DNA of 64,000 nucleotides, taken from positions 192,001-256,000 of the forward strand of contig OZ242320.1 in NCBI GenBank assembly GCA_965208125.1, written 5' to 3'. Positions 47,701-56,334 of this stretch are shown here, one piece after another. The notes below the pieces were generated by a model. That model was not told where the DNA came from and did not search any database. It was given only the letters and a program-made list of their open reading frames with translations. Positions within the stretch are counted from its first letter, which is position 1; every line of letters begins with the position of its first letter. A program made the position numbers and the translations under genes. Origin of the DNA: Candidatus Latescibacterota bacterium. Its GTDB lineage: Bacteria > Latescibacterota > UBA2968.

Positions 47701-50700
47701 TAAAGGTCGAAGATGCCACTGTCGGGGCATCAGGCACACCGGGAGCCTCTCCATCCACATCAGTCAGGGTCACCGTGAGCGTATCCCTCGCTGTCAAAGC
47801 TCGACCACCCATGCCGCTTGTCGCAGACACGAACACGATATATTCATTATTGCCCGCTGCATTGGCTGGGTCGGTAACCGCCACATCAGCAGGTGCCTCA
47901 TAGTTGGGGGCTACCTTGAACGTCAACACACCGGTAGATCCTCCAATGGAGAACTGTGACCCATCTGCACCAGACTCAATGCCATAACGCTCGATATCAT
48001 CCCCCATATCATCATCCGTCGCACTCACAGTCACAAGGTCTGATGTGCTGTTCTCTGCCACTGTGATCGGTGAGATAGGTGCAATCACGGGAGCCACATT
48101 GGAAGAGATTTTGATATCGTCCAATCGGAAAATCGTATCTCCGAAGTCCTCCGTTGTGGTGAATATGATTCCGTCTACATCTTCCCAGGTGGCATTGCTC
48201 CGCCCTAATCTGCTCAGGGGAATACTCACCTGGTGCCACTGACTGTCCCATGAAGTTATGCCTATATTCTCCTCATTGACGCGGTATCCCCTGTTCGAAT
48301 CCATGTCGAAGCGGACTCTGAACTCGGTTCCTGGGGTATCGCCCCATACCCAGAATTCAAAGACATAGTCGTCAGCCAGGAGGGACAAGTCGAAATTCGG
48401 GGTAAAATCGAACCTCACAATATCGCCCTTTTTCGCTCCTGACCAGTAAATGCTTTTGTTCCCCACGACCGCCTCTGTATCATCGTCGAACGTGAGCCAT
48501 CCCCTGCTATAGAGTTTGCCGGAAATACCCTCTCCGAGGCTATTGAGGCCATCGGTATATATCTCAAAGCCAGCCTGCTTAGACACGGTCACCCATTCAA
48601 GCTGAGGGGAGACGTTCAGCCCGAGTGCCTCGACTATCGAGATATCGAGATTGTAGTCGAAGTGATCATCACCCTCATTTTCAAATATTTTGAAACCTCC
48701 TACGCCGTATTCCCAGAGCGTCCAGGCAATATTGTTGTCTTCCATATAAGTTCGCGCTTCTCGAATCCAGGCCGCGCGGTCATCTGGGGGGGCATATGGC
48801 CCATAGACGCCAAACTCGCCGCACCACACAGGCACGTTGCGATCCTCAGCAAAATCGACAGCGTTCTTGAGCCCATTCTGCAATTTCTCTAACGTCCCCT
48901 TCGTGTGATAATCTTCAAGAATTTCGGGCACGGGGTCCGGCATGCGGCTGGCATCATACGGCCAGGGCACGCCCCTGAGATCCTTAAATCTGTCTATCCA
49001 GCCAGCCCCTTGGTGCGTAAACTCTCCAGGATTGTAGATATGAAATGTGTAGATAAGGTTATCGTCTGTATATTCCGGCAGCGTTCTGAGGGCGCCCGAA
49101 TGGAATTTGCCACCTGTGACCACGATGGTGTGTGTGTTATCATGGGCGCGAATGGTGTCGATAACTGCCTGCTGAATCGGATTCCAAATACTGGGTTGGA
49201 TGTTTGGCTCGTTGAAGACTTCGTACAACACCAGCTTAGAGCGATTTTTATAGCGCTCGGCGATCTGAGGCCAGACCTGGACGAGATATTCCCTGGTATC
49301 ACTCCGATTATTTTGGTCTGTTTCTTCCGCGGCTAGTTTATGGTTGGTGTGATTGTCGAGGATAATGTAGAGGCCGAGTTCCTCTGCCCAATCGACTATC
49401 TGGTCGAGATAGGTGAAAAAGAGAGGGTCTATGATGTGTGAGGGTTCCCCACTGGTCAGAGGAACAAAGGGCAGTCGCACAACGTCGCATCCAAGGGTCT
49501 TAACGTTCACAAACGTCTGCCGATCATAGGTTATGAAAGGATGCGTCCTGGGACGCTGCATAAACACAGTGAGATTTACGCCGCGACTAAAAGGAGGGAG
49601 TCGCCGCTTCGGAGTGGCGGTCGCCTGGTTGGAGACGAGGCTGTTGCCCACGACATTCACAGCGCGGACCTCGAAGGTATATTCCGTGTCGAAGGTCAGA
49701 TCCCCTACGGTGTAGGTCGTGGCCGTGCCCCCAGTGGTCGTCCAGTTCGGATCCCACGTTGTACCATCATCGTCGCTGGCGCGGTATTCGTAGCGCGTGA
49801 TGGGTGAGCCTCCCTCGTCCGCAGGCGCGATCCAAGACAGTGTTACCAAAAAGCCAGAAGTGGCAATCAGGTCTGTGGGTGCGCCCGGGACGGTGACCAG
49901 TGTTGTCCCACTTACTGAGTCTGACCAATCACTTATGCCTTCATCACTTTCTGCTCGCACCTGCACTTCATAGCTTGTATTTGGACTTAAACTACCAATC
50001 GTGTAGGTAAGATCACCATCATCTGTCTCCCACGCATCAGTCGCCACTGTCCAGTTGGCATCTACTTTATCAGGCGCACTACTAAGAATATGACGCACAT
50101 CATACGCACTAATCGCAGGTCCTGTGTTCGTTGGGACTTCCCAACTCACCTTCAAGCTGTTGAAGGTCGTGGCTGCTATGGTTGGCGCATCAGGCTTGCC
50201 AGGAGGCTCGGCCTCATCACCCACCATCACTTTAAGTGTATCCCCTGCTGTCAATGCACGGGCATTCTCACCACTGGTTACTTCTACGAACACGATATAT
50301 TCATTGTTGTTGGCTGCATTGGATGGATCAGTCACTGCCACATCCTTAGGCTCCTCATAGTTGGGTGCCACCTTGAACGTCAACACACCTGTTTGGTCAT
50401 CAATCTCAAACTGTGATCCATCGGCACCTTCAACAATGCTATAACCCTCTATGTCATCATCGCTATCTGCATCTGTCGCACTCACGGTCACAATGTCTGT
50501 AGTGCTATTCTCATTGATTGAGAACGCCGATGTACTCGTGATTACTGGCGCAACATTGGCTTCAGTCATCCCCACCCCAGAGGATGACCAACCACCTGTG
50601 CCCTCATCACTTCCTGCTCGCACTTGAATATCATAGCTTGTGTTCTGCTCCAGACTGCCAATCGTATATTCAAGGTCATCACCATTATTACTCGTCCACA

Positions 50701-53700
50701 CTTCCTCAACCACTGTCCACTTGCTATCATCCTCCTTATCTGTGGCACTGACACTACTGAGAATGTAGCGTACATCATACGCACTAATCGCAGGTCCTGT
50801 GTTCGCAGGGGCTGTCCATTCTACTATCAGACTATTAAATGTTACTTCTGCTATCGTCGGGGTAGCAGGCTTGCCCGGTACTTCAGTCACATCACTCACG
50901 GTGATTGTTAGTGTGTCCCTTGCTGTCAACGCGCGCGCACCTGTACCGCCTGTTGCTGTGACATACACGATGTATTCATTGTTACTTGCATCATTAGCCG
51001 GATCACTAACTGCCACATCTTTAGGATCTTCATAGTTAGGGGATGCCTTGAATGTCAACACACCGGTAGATGCACCAATAGAGAACAGTTCCCCATCAGC
51101 ACCAGAGGCTATCCCATAACTTTCAATGTCATCACCTTCATCTGCATCAGTCGCACTGACTGTGACAAGGGCACCCGTGCTATTCTCTGCCATGCTGATC
51201 GGCGAGATAGTAGCAATCACTGGGGTCACATTCGCACTTGTTGTCCCACTCACCGAAGAAGACCAGTCACTCGTGCCTTCGTCACTTTCTGCACGCACCT
51301 GTATATCATAGCTCGTATTCTGGCTCAAGCCGCCTATCAGATATTCGAGATTGCCATCACCACTCTTCCAGGCCTCTTCCTTCACGGTCCAGTTGGCATC
51401 ATCTGTCTCATCCTCACTTGTCAGAATATGACGCACATCATAAGCACTGATCGCTGGTCCCGTGTTCGTAGGCGCTTCCCATTCCACGGTCAGACTGTTA
51501 AAGGTCGAGGATGCCACTGTCGGGGCATCAGGCACACCAGGTGCTTCGTTCACATCACTCACTGTCACGGTCAGTGTATCTCTTACCATTAACTCACGAT
51601 CACCTGTCCCGCTCTTCACTTCCACCACCACGATATACTCATTGTTGCTTGCTGCATTGGATGGATCAGCCACCGCTACATCCTTAGGATCCTCATAGTT
51701 TGGAGCCGCTTTGAACGTCAATACACCACTTTGTTCAGTAAGCGCAAACTGCTCTCCATCTGCTGCATCAACAATCTCATACCCTGTAATACTATCATCG
51801 TCATCGGCATCACTCGCAGTGACTGTGACCAGTGCCCCCGTGCTGTTCTCTGCCACACTGATTGGAGAAATAGTGGCGATGACTGGCGCCACATTCGCTC
51901 TTGTTGTCCCACTCACCGAAGAAGACCAGTCACTGGTGCCTTCATCACTTTCTGCTCTAACCTGTATATCATAACCTGTATCCTGACTCAGGTTACCAAC
52001 CGGATATTCAAGCGCATCATCACCAGTCTCCCACGCATCCTCTACCTCTGTCCAGTTGGCGTCATCTGTCTCATCCTCACTTGTCAGAATATGACGCACA
52101 TCATAAGCACTGATCGTTGGTCCCATGTTCGTTGGGGCTACCCATTCTATCTTTAAGCTGTTAAATGTTGCTTGTGCTATCGTCGGTGCAGCAGGTGTGC
52201 CAGGAACCTCTGTCTCATCGGTCACCGTCACTGTAATCGTATCTCTACTCGTTAGTGCGCGGGCATCCTCTCCACCTGTCGTAGTCACGATTACAATGTA
52301 TTCATTGTTGTTCGCTGCATTGTCATTAGCAGAATCATTCGCATCCGTAAATGTCACATCCTTTGGATCTTCATAATTCGGCGCTGTCTTGAATGTCAAC
52401 ACACCCGTAGATGCTCCAATGGAGAACTGTGCGCCATCTGCATCATCAACAATCCCATACCTCTCAATGTCATCATCCTCATCTGCATCTGTCGCACTGA
52501 CCGTGATAACATCTGCTGTACTGTTCTCACTGACTGAAATCGCCGATATACTCGCGAAGACTGGTGCAACATTGGCTTCAGTCATCCCCACCCCAGAGGA
52601 TGACCAACCACCTATGCCCTCATCACTTCCTGCTCGCACTTGAATATCATAGCTTGTGTTCTGCTCCAGACTGCCAATCGTATATTCAAGGTCATCACCA
52701 TTATTACTCGTCCACACTGCCTCAACCACTGTCCACTTGTCATCTGCCTTATCTGATGCATTGGTCAGAATGTAGCGGATATCATACGCACTTATATCAG
52801 GACCTGTGTTATCAGGCGCACTCCATTGCACCTTTAAGCTATTCACTGTTGCCTCTGCCACTGTTGGTGCATCAGGCGCTCCAGGGGCTTCTTTCACATC
52901 CTCCACAGTCACCGTAATCGTATCTCTACCTGTCAACTCACGAGCACCTGTCCCACTCTTCACCTCCACCACCACGATGTATTCATTATTCTCCCCTGCA
53001 TTGTTATTCGTCGAATTGGATACATCCTTAAACGCTACATCGGCAGGTGCCTCATAGTTGGGAGCCATCTTGAAACTCAACACACCCGTCTGATCATTGA
53101 GATCAAACTGTGCTCCATCTGCACCTTCAACAATGTGATACCCTGTGATGTTGTCATCTGCATTGGCATCTGTCGCTGTGACCGTGACAATGTCCGTTGT
53201 ACTGTTCTCATTGAATGTAACCGCAGACACACTTGTGAACACGGGTGGTGTATTATGGCCGGTATTAGCTCGAATCGCTGGAGACCAATTACTTTTTCCG
53301 CCCTCAAAGACGGTTCTAACTTGAAACTCATAAGTCGTCGACCTCTCCAGGCCGACGACTGTATAAGACATATCAGATCTGGTAAAATTGACGGGTATAA
53401 TGGTATTATAGTCCTCATCAACCTTTCTATATCGGATCTCATAGCCAATAATAACATAATCATTCGCAGGTGGCGCTCTCCAGGTGATCTCAACAAAAAC
53501 AGTCCCAATTGGTTTCACTCTTGCGAAGATAGGTTTATCCGGCGTGAGTGGATGTATAATATTTATAGTAACTTCAGCAGTAGCAACACCACCATTACTG
53601 TCATCTACAACGATGGTGAACGTGTAAACCTCTTTATTGAACACCGCACCTGCTTTCGTCTTAATATGACCGAACCAATTGACCGTAAAATTGGAAGCAT

Positions 53701-54658
53701 CATCACCCATTAAAGAATAACTCAACTTGTCATCATTGGGATCATAGGCTCTTACAGGCGGATCAATTTCCAGTATGATAGACGGGTCTAAAGTAGATGG
53801 ATCTAAAGTAAAAGAGAGAACAACAGAATTTTTTGGAAACACCGGTGGCATATCCATATTTGTCACCGGCTCAACAGAGATATGAAAATAGGACATATAA
53901 TACTCCTCGCCATCAATCACATCTATTTCTATCCTGAAAACGCCCGCCTTCTCTGGGATTCCGACGACCGTCATCATGGTCTTACCCGTCGAAGAATCAT
54001 AGTGAAAGTTGACCATACGTATGCCGCGTGGAAAATTTGCAATACCTATCTGATCATAATGTGGCGTGCCACCAGATACAGTAACAAGGACATCTGGCAT
54101 GGCAGTACCGAATGCGAATTTCAACGTATCAGACACTGTTAAAATTCTTCCCGACTCTTTTACTGCTATTTCTATTTGAACAGAAGACACATCGTCAACG
54201 CCATCTGTTTGTTGACTTTTTGCTAACTCTTGCCCAGATGCGATATTTTCATCTACCAAAAACTTCACAGGATGCGTCGGGGGAGAGGCTAATGTATGGT
54301 TCACCACTTTGCCATAGTTGTTCGCAAAGATTAGAAAATCAGCAATATCAACTATACCATTGCCATCAATGTCGTATTTCGCATCGTATTTTTCATCCTC
54401 ATCCCGGGTCCCAAAGTGGTTAACAAATGCTCGAAAGTCAGGTGAATCGACAACCCCATTTCCATTAAAATCTAAAGAAGTTACCATCGCAGTTTGCAAT
54501 TCTACATTTAGTATTTCACTGTCAACCTGTCCATTCCTGCCAGGTTCAGCACGCACCAACCGAATCAAAAAAAGAGGCCATGAGAAAATCAGCAGAGTGA
54601 TGAATATGAGTGCAAAAATCAAGGCAGGTACTGAACACCTGTTAAGCAGCTTTGGCAT
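44783..54658 (-). CDS. Giant secreted/surface protein (~3290 aa): dockerin-like, cadherin/FN3 array, GH5 + CBM-like, LRR and Ig/He_PIG domains
   Basis: GAGGAG RBS; hydrophobic N-terminus; cadherin motifs (ENST, DAD, PNYE), FN3 (W.AP..Y..L..NTSY.IQVRA), GH5 NEP and WCGEFG, 24-aa LRRs, WLTF..RTFSGTP. Confidence 0.88.
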   Translation of the reverse strand: MPKLLNRCSVPALIFALIFITLLIFSWPLFLIRLVRAEPGRNGQVDSEILNVELQTAMVTSLDFNGNGVVDSPDFRAFVNHFGTRDEDEKYDAKYDIDGNGIVDIADFLIFANNYGKVVNHTLASPPTHPVKFLVDENIASGQELAKSQQTDGVDDVSSVQIEIAVKESGRILTVSDTLKFAFGTAMPDVLVTVSGGTPHYDQIGIANFPRGIRMVNFHYDSSTGKTMMTVVGIPEKAGVFRIEIDVIDGEEYYMSYFHISVEPVTNMDMPPVFPKNSVVLSFTLDPSTLDPSIILEIDPPVRAYDPNDDKLSYSLMGDDASNFTVNWFGHIKTKAGAVFNKEVYTFTIVVDDSNGGVATAEVTINIIHPLTPDKPIFARVKPIGTVFVEITWRAPPANDYVIIGYEIRYRKVDEDYNTIIPVNFTRSDMSYTVVGLERSTTYEFQVRTVFEGGKSNWSPAIRANTGHNTPPVFTSVSAVTFNENSTTDIVTVTATDANADDNITGYHIVEGADGAQFDLNDQTGVLSFKMAPNYEAPADVAFKDVSNSTNNNAGENNEYIVVVEVKSGTGARELTGRDTITVTVEDVKEAPGAPDAPTVAEATVNSLKVQWSAPDNTGPDISAYDIRYILTNASDKADDKWTVVEAVWTSNNGDDLEYTIGSLEQNTSYDIQVRAGSDEGIGGWSSSGVGMTEANVAPVFASISAISVSENSTADVITVSATDADEDDDIERYGIVDDADGAQFSIGASTGVLTFKTAPNYEDPKDVTFTDANDSANDNAANNNEYIVIVTTTGGEDARALTSRDTITVTVTDETEVPGTPAAPTIAQATFNSLKIEWVAPTNMGPTISAYDVRHILTSEDETDDANWTEVEDAWETGDDALEYPVGNLSQDTGYDIQVRAESDEGTSDWSSSVSGTTRANVAPVIATISPISVAENSTGALVTVTASDADDDDSITGYEIVDAADGEQFALTEQSGVLTFKAAPNYEDPKDVAVADPSNAASNNEYIVVVEVKSGTGDRELMVRDTLTVTVSDVNEAPGVPDAPTVASSTFNSLTVEWEAPTNTGPAISAYDVRHILTSEDETDDANWTVKEEAWKSGDGNLEYLIGGLSQNTSYDIQVRAESDEGTSDWSSSVSGTTSANVTPVIATISPISMAENSTGALVTVSATDADEGDDIESYGIASGADGELFSIGASTGVLTFKASPNYEDPKDVAVSDPANDASNNEYIVYVTATGGTGARALTARDTLTITVSDVTEVPGKPATPTIAEVTFNSLIVEWTAPANTGPAISAYDVRYILSSVSATDKEDDSKWTVVEEVWTSNNGDDLEYTIGSLEQNTSYDIQVRAGSDEGTGGWSSSGVGMTEANVAPVITSTSAFSINENSTTDIVTVSATDADSDDDIEGYSIVEGADGSQFEIDDQTGVLTFKVAPNYEEPKDVAVTDPSNAANNNEYIVFVEVTSGENARALTAGDTLKVMVGDEAEPPGKPDAPTIAATTFNSLKVSWEVPTNTGPAISAYDVRHILSSAPDKVDANWTVATDAWETDDGDLTYTIGSLSPNTSYEVQVRAESDEGISDWSDSVSGTTLVTVPGAPTDLIATSGFLVTLSWIAPADEGGSPITRYEYRASDDDGTTWDPNWTTTGGTATTYTVGDLTFDTEYTFEVRAVNVVGNSLVSNQATATPKRRLPPFSRGVNLTVFMQRPRTHPFITYDRQTFVNVKTLGCDVVRLPFVPLTSGEPSHIIDPLFFTYLDQIVDWAEELGLYIILDNHTNHKLAAEETDQNNRSDTREYLVQVWPQIAERYKNRSKLVLYEVFNEPNIQPSIWNPIQQAVIDTIRAHDNTHTIVVTGGKFHSGALRTLPEYTDDNLIYTFHIYNPGEFTHQGAGWIDRFKDLRGVPWPYDASRMPDPVPEILEDYHTKGTLEKLQNGLKNAVDFAEDRNVPVWCGEFGVYGPYAPPDDRAAWIREARTYMEDNNIAWTLWEYGVGGFKIFENEGDDHFDYNLDISIVEALGLNVSPQLEWVTVSKQAGFEIYTDGLNSLGEGISGKLYSRGWLTFDDDTEAVVGNKSIYWSGAKKGDIVRFDFTPNFDLSLLADDYVFEFWVWGDTPGTEFRVRFDMDSNRGYRVNEENIGITSWDSQWHQVSIPLSRLGRSNATWEDVDGIIFTTTEDFGDTIFRLDDIKISSNVAPVIAPISPITVAENSTSDLVTVSATDDDMGDDIERYGIESGADGSQFSIGGSTGVLTFKVAPNYEAPADVAVTDPANAAGNNEYIVFVSATSGMGGRALTARDTLTVTLTDVDGEAPGVPDAPTVASSTFNSLTVEWEAPTNTGPAISAYDVRHILTSDDETDDANWTVAEDAWESGDGALEYTISSLSQDTSYDVQVRAENDEGTSGWSDTVVGMTEIAPEICTRTAAVQTEILSAIAGITDCALVTNMHLTGITEILDLSNQNITALLANDFTGLSNLQNLWLYENDLRTLPADVFTDLSSLQTLSLYRNKFRILPTNVFTGLSSLQTLNLDGNRLNNLDANLFADLSSLQTLSLYDNRLTNLPMGVFSDLSSLQTLSLYDNRLTNLPMGVFSDLSSLQTLNLDNNRLTNLPIGVFSGLSSLQTLSLNSNLLSAALPDDAFSDLSSLRFLSLDGNELGTLPDRAFSGLSSLQTLNLSGNTLSALPDSAFFDLSSLQILNLTGNLLSVLPDSMFYGLSSLRKLDVSGNTGAPFTLTLELKRIDNADLTVQGPATVVVSIAQGAPFDMTVELSAIDGTLTNGNGSAITEATISKGNIQSESITVTQSGTSPTRIHIDEAPEVPGGYEGIRIVSGTPLVLFGKTEPEVVGAIAAQTLDVGGGAVVVDVKDSFSDVDGDILSYSATSNMPGIASVSVTGSEVMITPVSAGSATVTVTASDQTNSATQEIDVRVKNTAPVVDKGLTDQIALSGNAFTYTFPADAFSDADSDVLTYTSSGQPAWLTFTSSSRTFSGTPSNTDGSPFTIIVTADDGKGSQVQTSFTLTIPIGICSRTSQVQTAILSVIDGINNCAHVTEEHLVGIVDSLDFRSRSITTLLASDFSDLPNLRILNFYDNDLTSLPSGVFSGLSNLRFVSLYDNELTALPADVFNGLSNLRFVSLDSNSVSTLPSGVFSGLANLETLSLNGNTLSALPDSIFFGLSSLSHLDVSGNTGAPFSLTLILERTDNTDLTAQGPATVVVKVAQGAPFDMTVELSATDGTLTDENGNAITEVTISKGNIQSEPITVTQSGTTSTTVSLGTAPSLPMNYVGIQIAVGTSLILFGQ
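46520..47320 (-). repeat. 72-bp tandem repeats encoding leucine-rich repeats
   Basis: Near-identical LSSLQTLSLYDNRLTNLPMGVFSD units. Confidence 0.8.
49900..53260 (-). repeat. ~670-bp intragenic repeats (cadherin + FN3 units); one more copy at about 47440-48100
   Basis: Long near-identical DNA stretches, e.g. ~47620-47740 vs ~51420-51540 and ~50550-50720 vs ~52570-52740. Confidence 0.8.
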
Positions 54659-54699
54659 ATTACATCTCCTCAAGATAGATATCATTCTATCTGAAGTGA

Positions 54700-54715
54700 T
54701 GCAATATGTGTGCCA
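54700..54715 (-). promoter_or_regulatory. sigma54 -24/-12 promoter (cassette 3)
   Basis: TGGCAC-ACATA-TTGCA. Confidence 0.85.
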
Positions 54716-54790
54716 ACATGACTTTCTCTAAATTATTTTATACATAAAGTATTATTCTTAAATAATATATAATTATTTTATAAATAGAGA

Positions 54791-54850
54791 AGCCAGACGG
54801 AATTTTACATTATCAGACGGTATATCGTCTAATGATATAATCAGACTGGC
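54791..54850. promoter_or_regulatory. Palindromic enhancer (UAS)
   Basis: GCCAG..AGACGGTATATCGTCT..CTGGC dyad centred ~108 bp upstream of the -24 box. Confidence 0.65.
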
Positions 54851-54919
54851 CCTTATATTATTTATTAATATATATTTAAAAGAAAGTTTATTTATCGCCT
54901 AAAGGTCGTTAAATAGCCC

Positions 54920-55942
54920 CTATGCGAGACGTTTGATGCCCAATTTTTTCATTTTGCTGTATAAAGTAGAAGGCGGTAATCCCAGCAGAATCGCCGCCCC
55001 CTCTACTCCCTTTATTTTCCAGTTGGTGGCTTCAAGCACTTTGAGGATATAGCGACGTTCAAATTCTTCCAAAGGTACAATTTCGCGTCCTTGGGGATCT
55101 GGTAAGATAACCCTTATAAGTTCGAGATCCTCTTCTTTGATTCGAGAACCTTCGCACATGATTACAGCCCGCTGGATGGTATGCTTCAATTCTCGCACAT
55201 TTCCAGGCCAATGATAGACTTGCAACGCATCTATCACCTCTGGTGTTAGGGAACTGATTTCCTTACCCAAATGCGCCGCCATGCGATCCTTGAAAAACTC
55301 GGCTAACTCTGGTATATCCTCTTTGCGCTCCCGAAGAGGCGGCAAATAGAGCGGAAAAACATAAATGCGGTAATAGAGATCCTCACGGAAATCACCTGCG
55401 CGGACCATCTCCTCAAGGTTGTGATTGGTCGCGGTCACAATGCGCGTCTGCGCCCTCAGCGTCTGGTTTCCTCCAACGCGCTCAAACGTGTCCTCTTCCA
55501 GCAATCGCAACAACTTGGCCTGTGTTTCCAGAGCCATGTCGCCAATTTCATCTAAAAAAAGTGTGCCGCCTTTGGCCAGTTCCACCTTGCCCAGCCTGCG
55601 GGAAACTGCGCTGGTAAAGGCTCCCTTCTCGTGACCAAAGAGTTCACTATCGATCAACGTATGGGACAGGGCACCGCAGTTGACCTGTATAAAAGGGCCA
55701 TCGCTATTTGAACTCAGCGCGTGTAGTGCCAATGCAGCCAACCCCTTACCCACACCTGTTTCGCCCAGGATCAGCACCGTCATATTGGTGGATGCAATCT
55801 TTCTGAGTTTGACTTGAAACTGTTGCAAAGCCTCGCTTTGACCGACAAACTCATTGTCATCCCCATCAGTACTTTTGAACGAATTAGACTGCACACTTGC
55901 CCCCTCTGTATTCTTTGCTCTTACCTGCTCATCGTCTTCCAT
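54920..55942 (-). CDS. sigma54-dependent activator without a sensory domain (AAA+ + HTH only)
   Basis: ~30-aa leader, then [33 protein letters not shown] and a Fis-type HTH. Confidence 0.9.
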   Translation of the reverse strand: MEDDEQVRAKNTEGASVQSNSFKSTDGDDNEFVGQSEALQQFQVKLRKIASTNMTVLILGETGVGKGLAALALHALSSNSDGPFIQVNCGALSHTLIDSELFGHEKGAFTSAVSRRLGKVELAKGGTLFLDEIGDMALETQAKLLRLLEEDTFERVGGNQTLRAQTRIVTATNHNLEEMVRAGDFREDLYYRIYVFPLYLPPLRERKEDIPELAEFFKDRMAAHLGKEISSLTPEVIDALQVYHWPGNVRELKHTIQRAVIMCEGSRIKEEDLELIRVILPDPQGREIVPLEEFERRYILKVLEATNWKIKGVEGAAILLGLPPSTLYSKMKKLGIKRLA

Positions 55943-56040
55943 AGATCTATCTTTTGAAACTCTGGCTTATGACACTTAAAACACTGCTGAGCCAAAATGA
56001 TATATGTCCTGATAATTATTACAAATTTGCTTTTCAGAAC

Positions 56041-56056
56041 TGCAAGATACGTGCCA
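56041..56056 (-). promoter_or_regulatory. sigma54 -24/-12 promoter (cassette 2)
   Basis: TGGCAC-GTATC-TTGCA. Confidence 0.85.
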
Positions 56057-56129
56057 ACGTAAATTGTGCTAAATCATTATATGCATAAAGTATTATTTTT
56101 ATTTGAGATAAAAATTTAAAAACAAAAAA

Positions 56130-56270
56130 GAGCCAGACCGATTTTTATGCCATTAGACGATATATAGTCCAATGATATAATCAGACTGGCTCGTAATTTT
56201 AGGTAATTTTACTTATTATCAAAACTTTACGACAAATGGATTAAATATAGTCCCTGGACTATATTTAATC
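56130..56270. promoter_or_regulatory. Palindromic enhancer (UAS) plus a 15-bp perfect inverted repeat
   Basis: GAGCCAG..CATTAGACGATATATAGTCCAATG..CTGGCTC; GATTAAATATAGTCC-ct-GGACTATATTTAATC at 56239-56270. Confidence 0.65.
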
Positions 56271-56334
56271 TTTATTATAGACATTTTTTACATGTCTTTT
56301 AAGACGGCATATCTAAAAATAATCAAACTAATCC

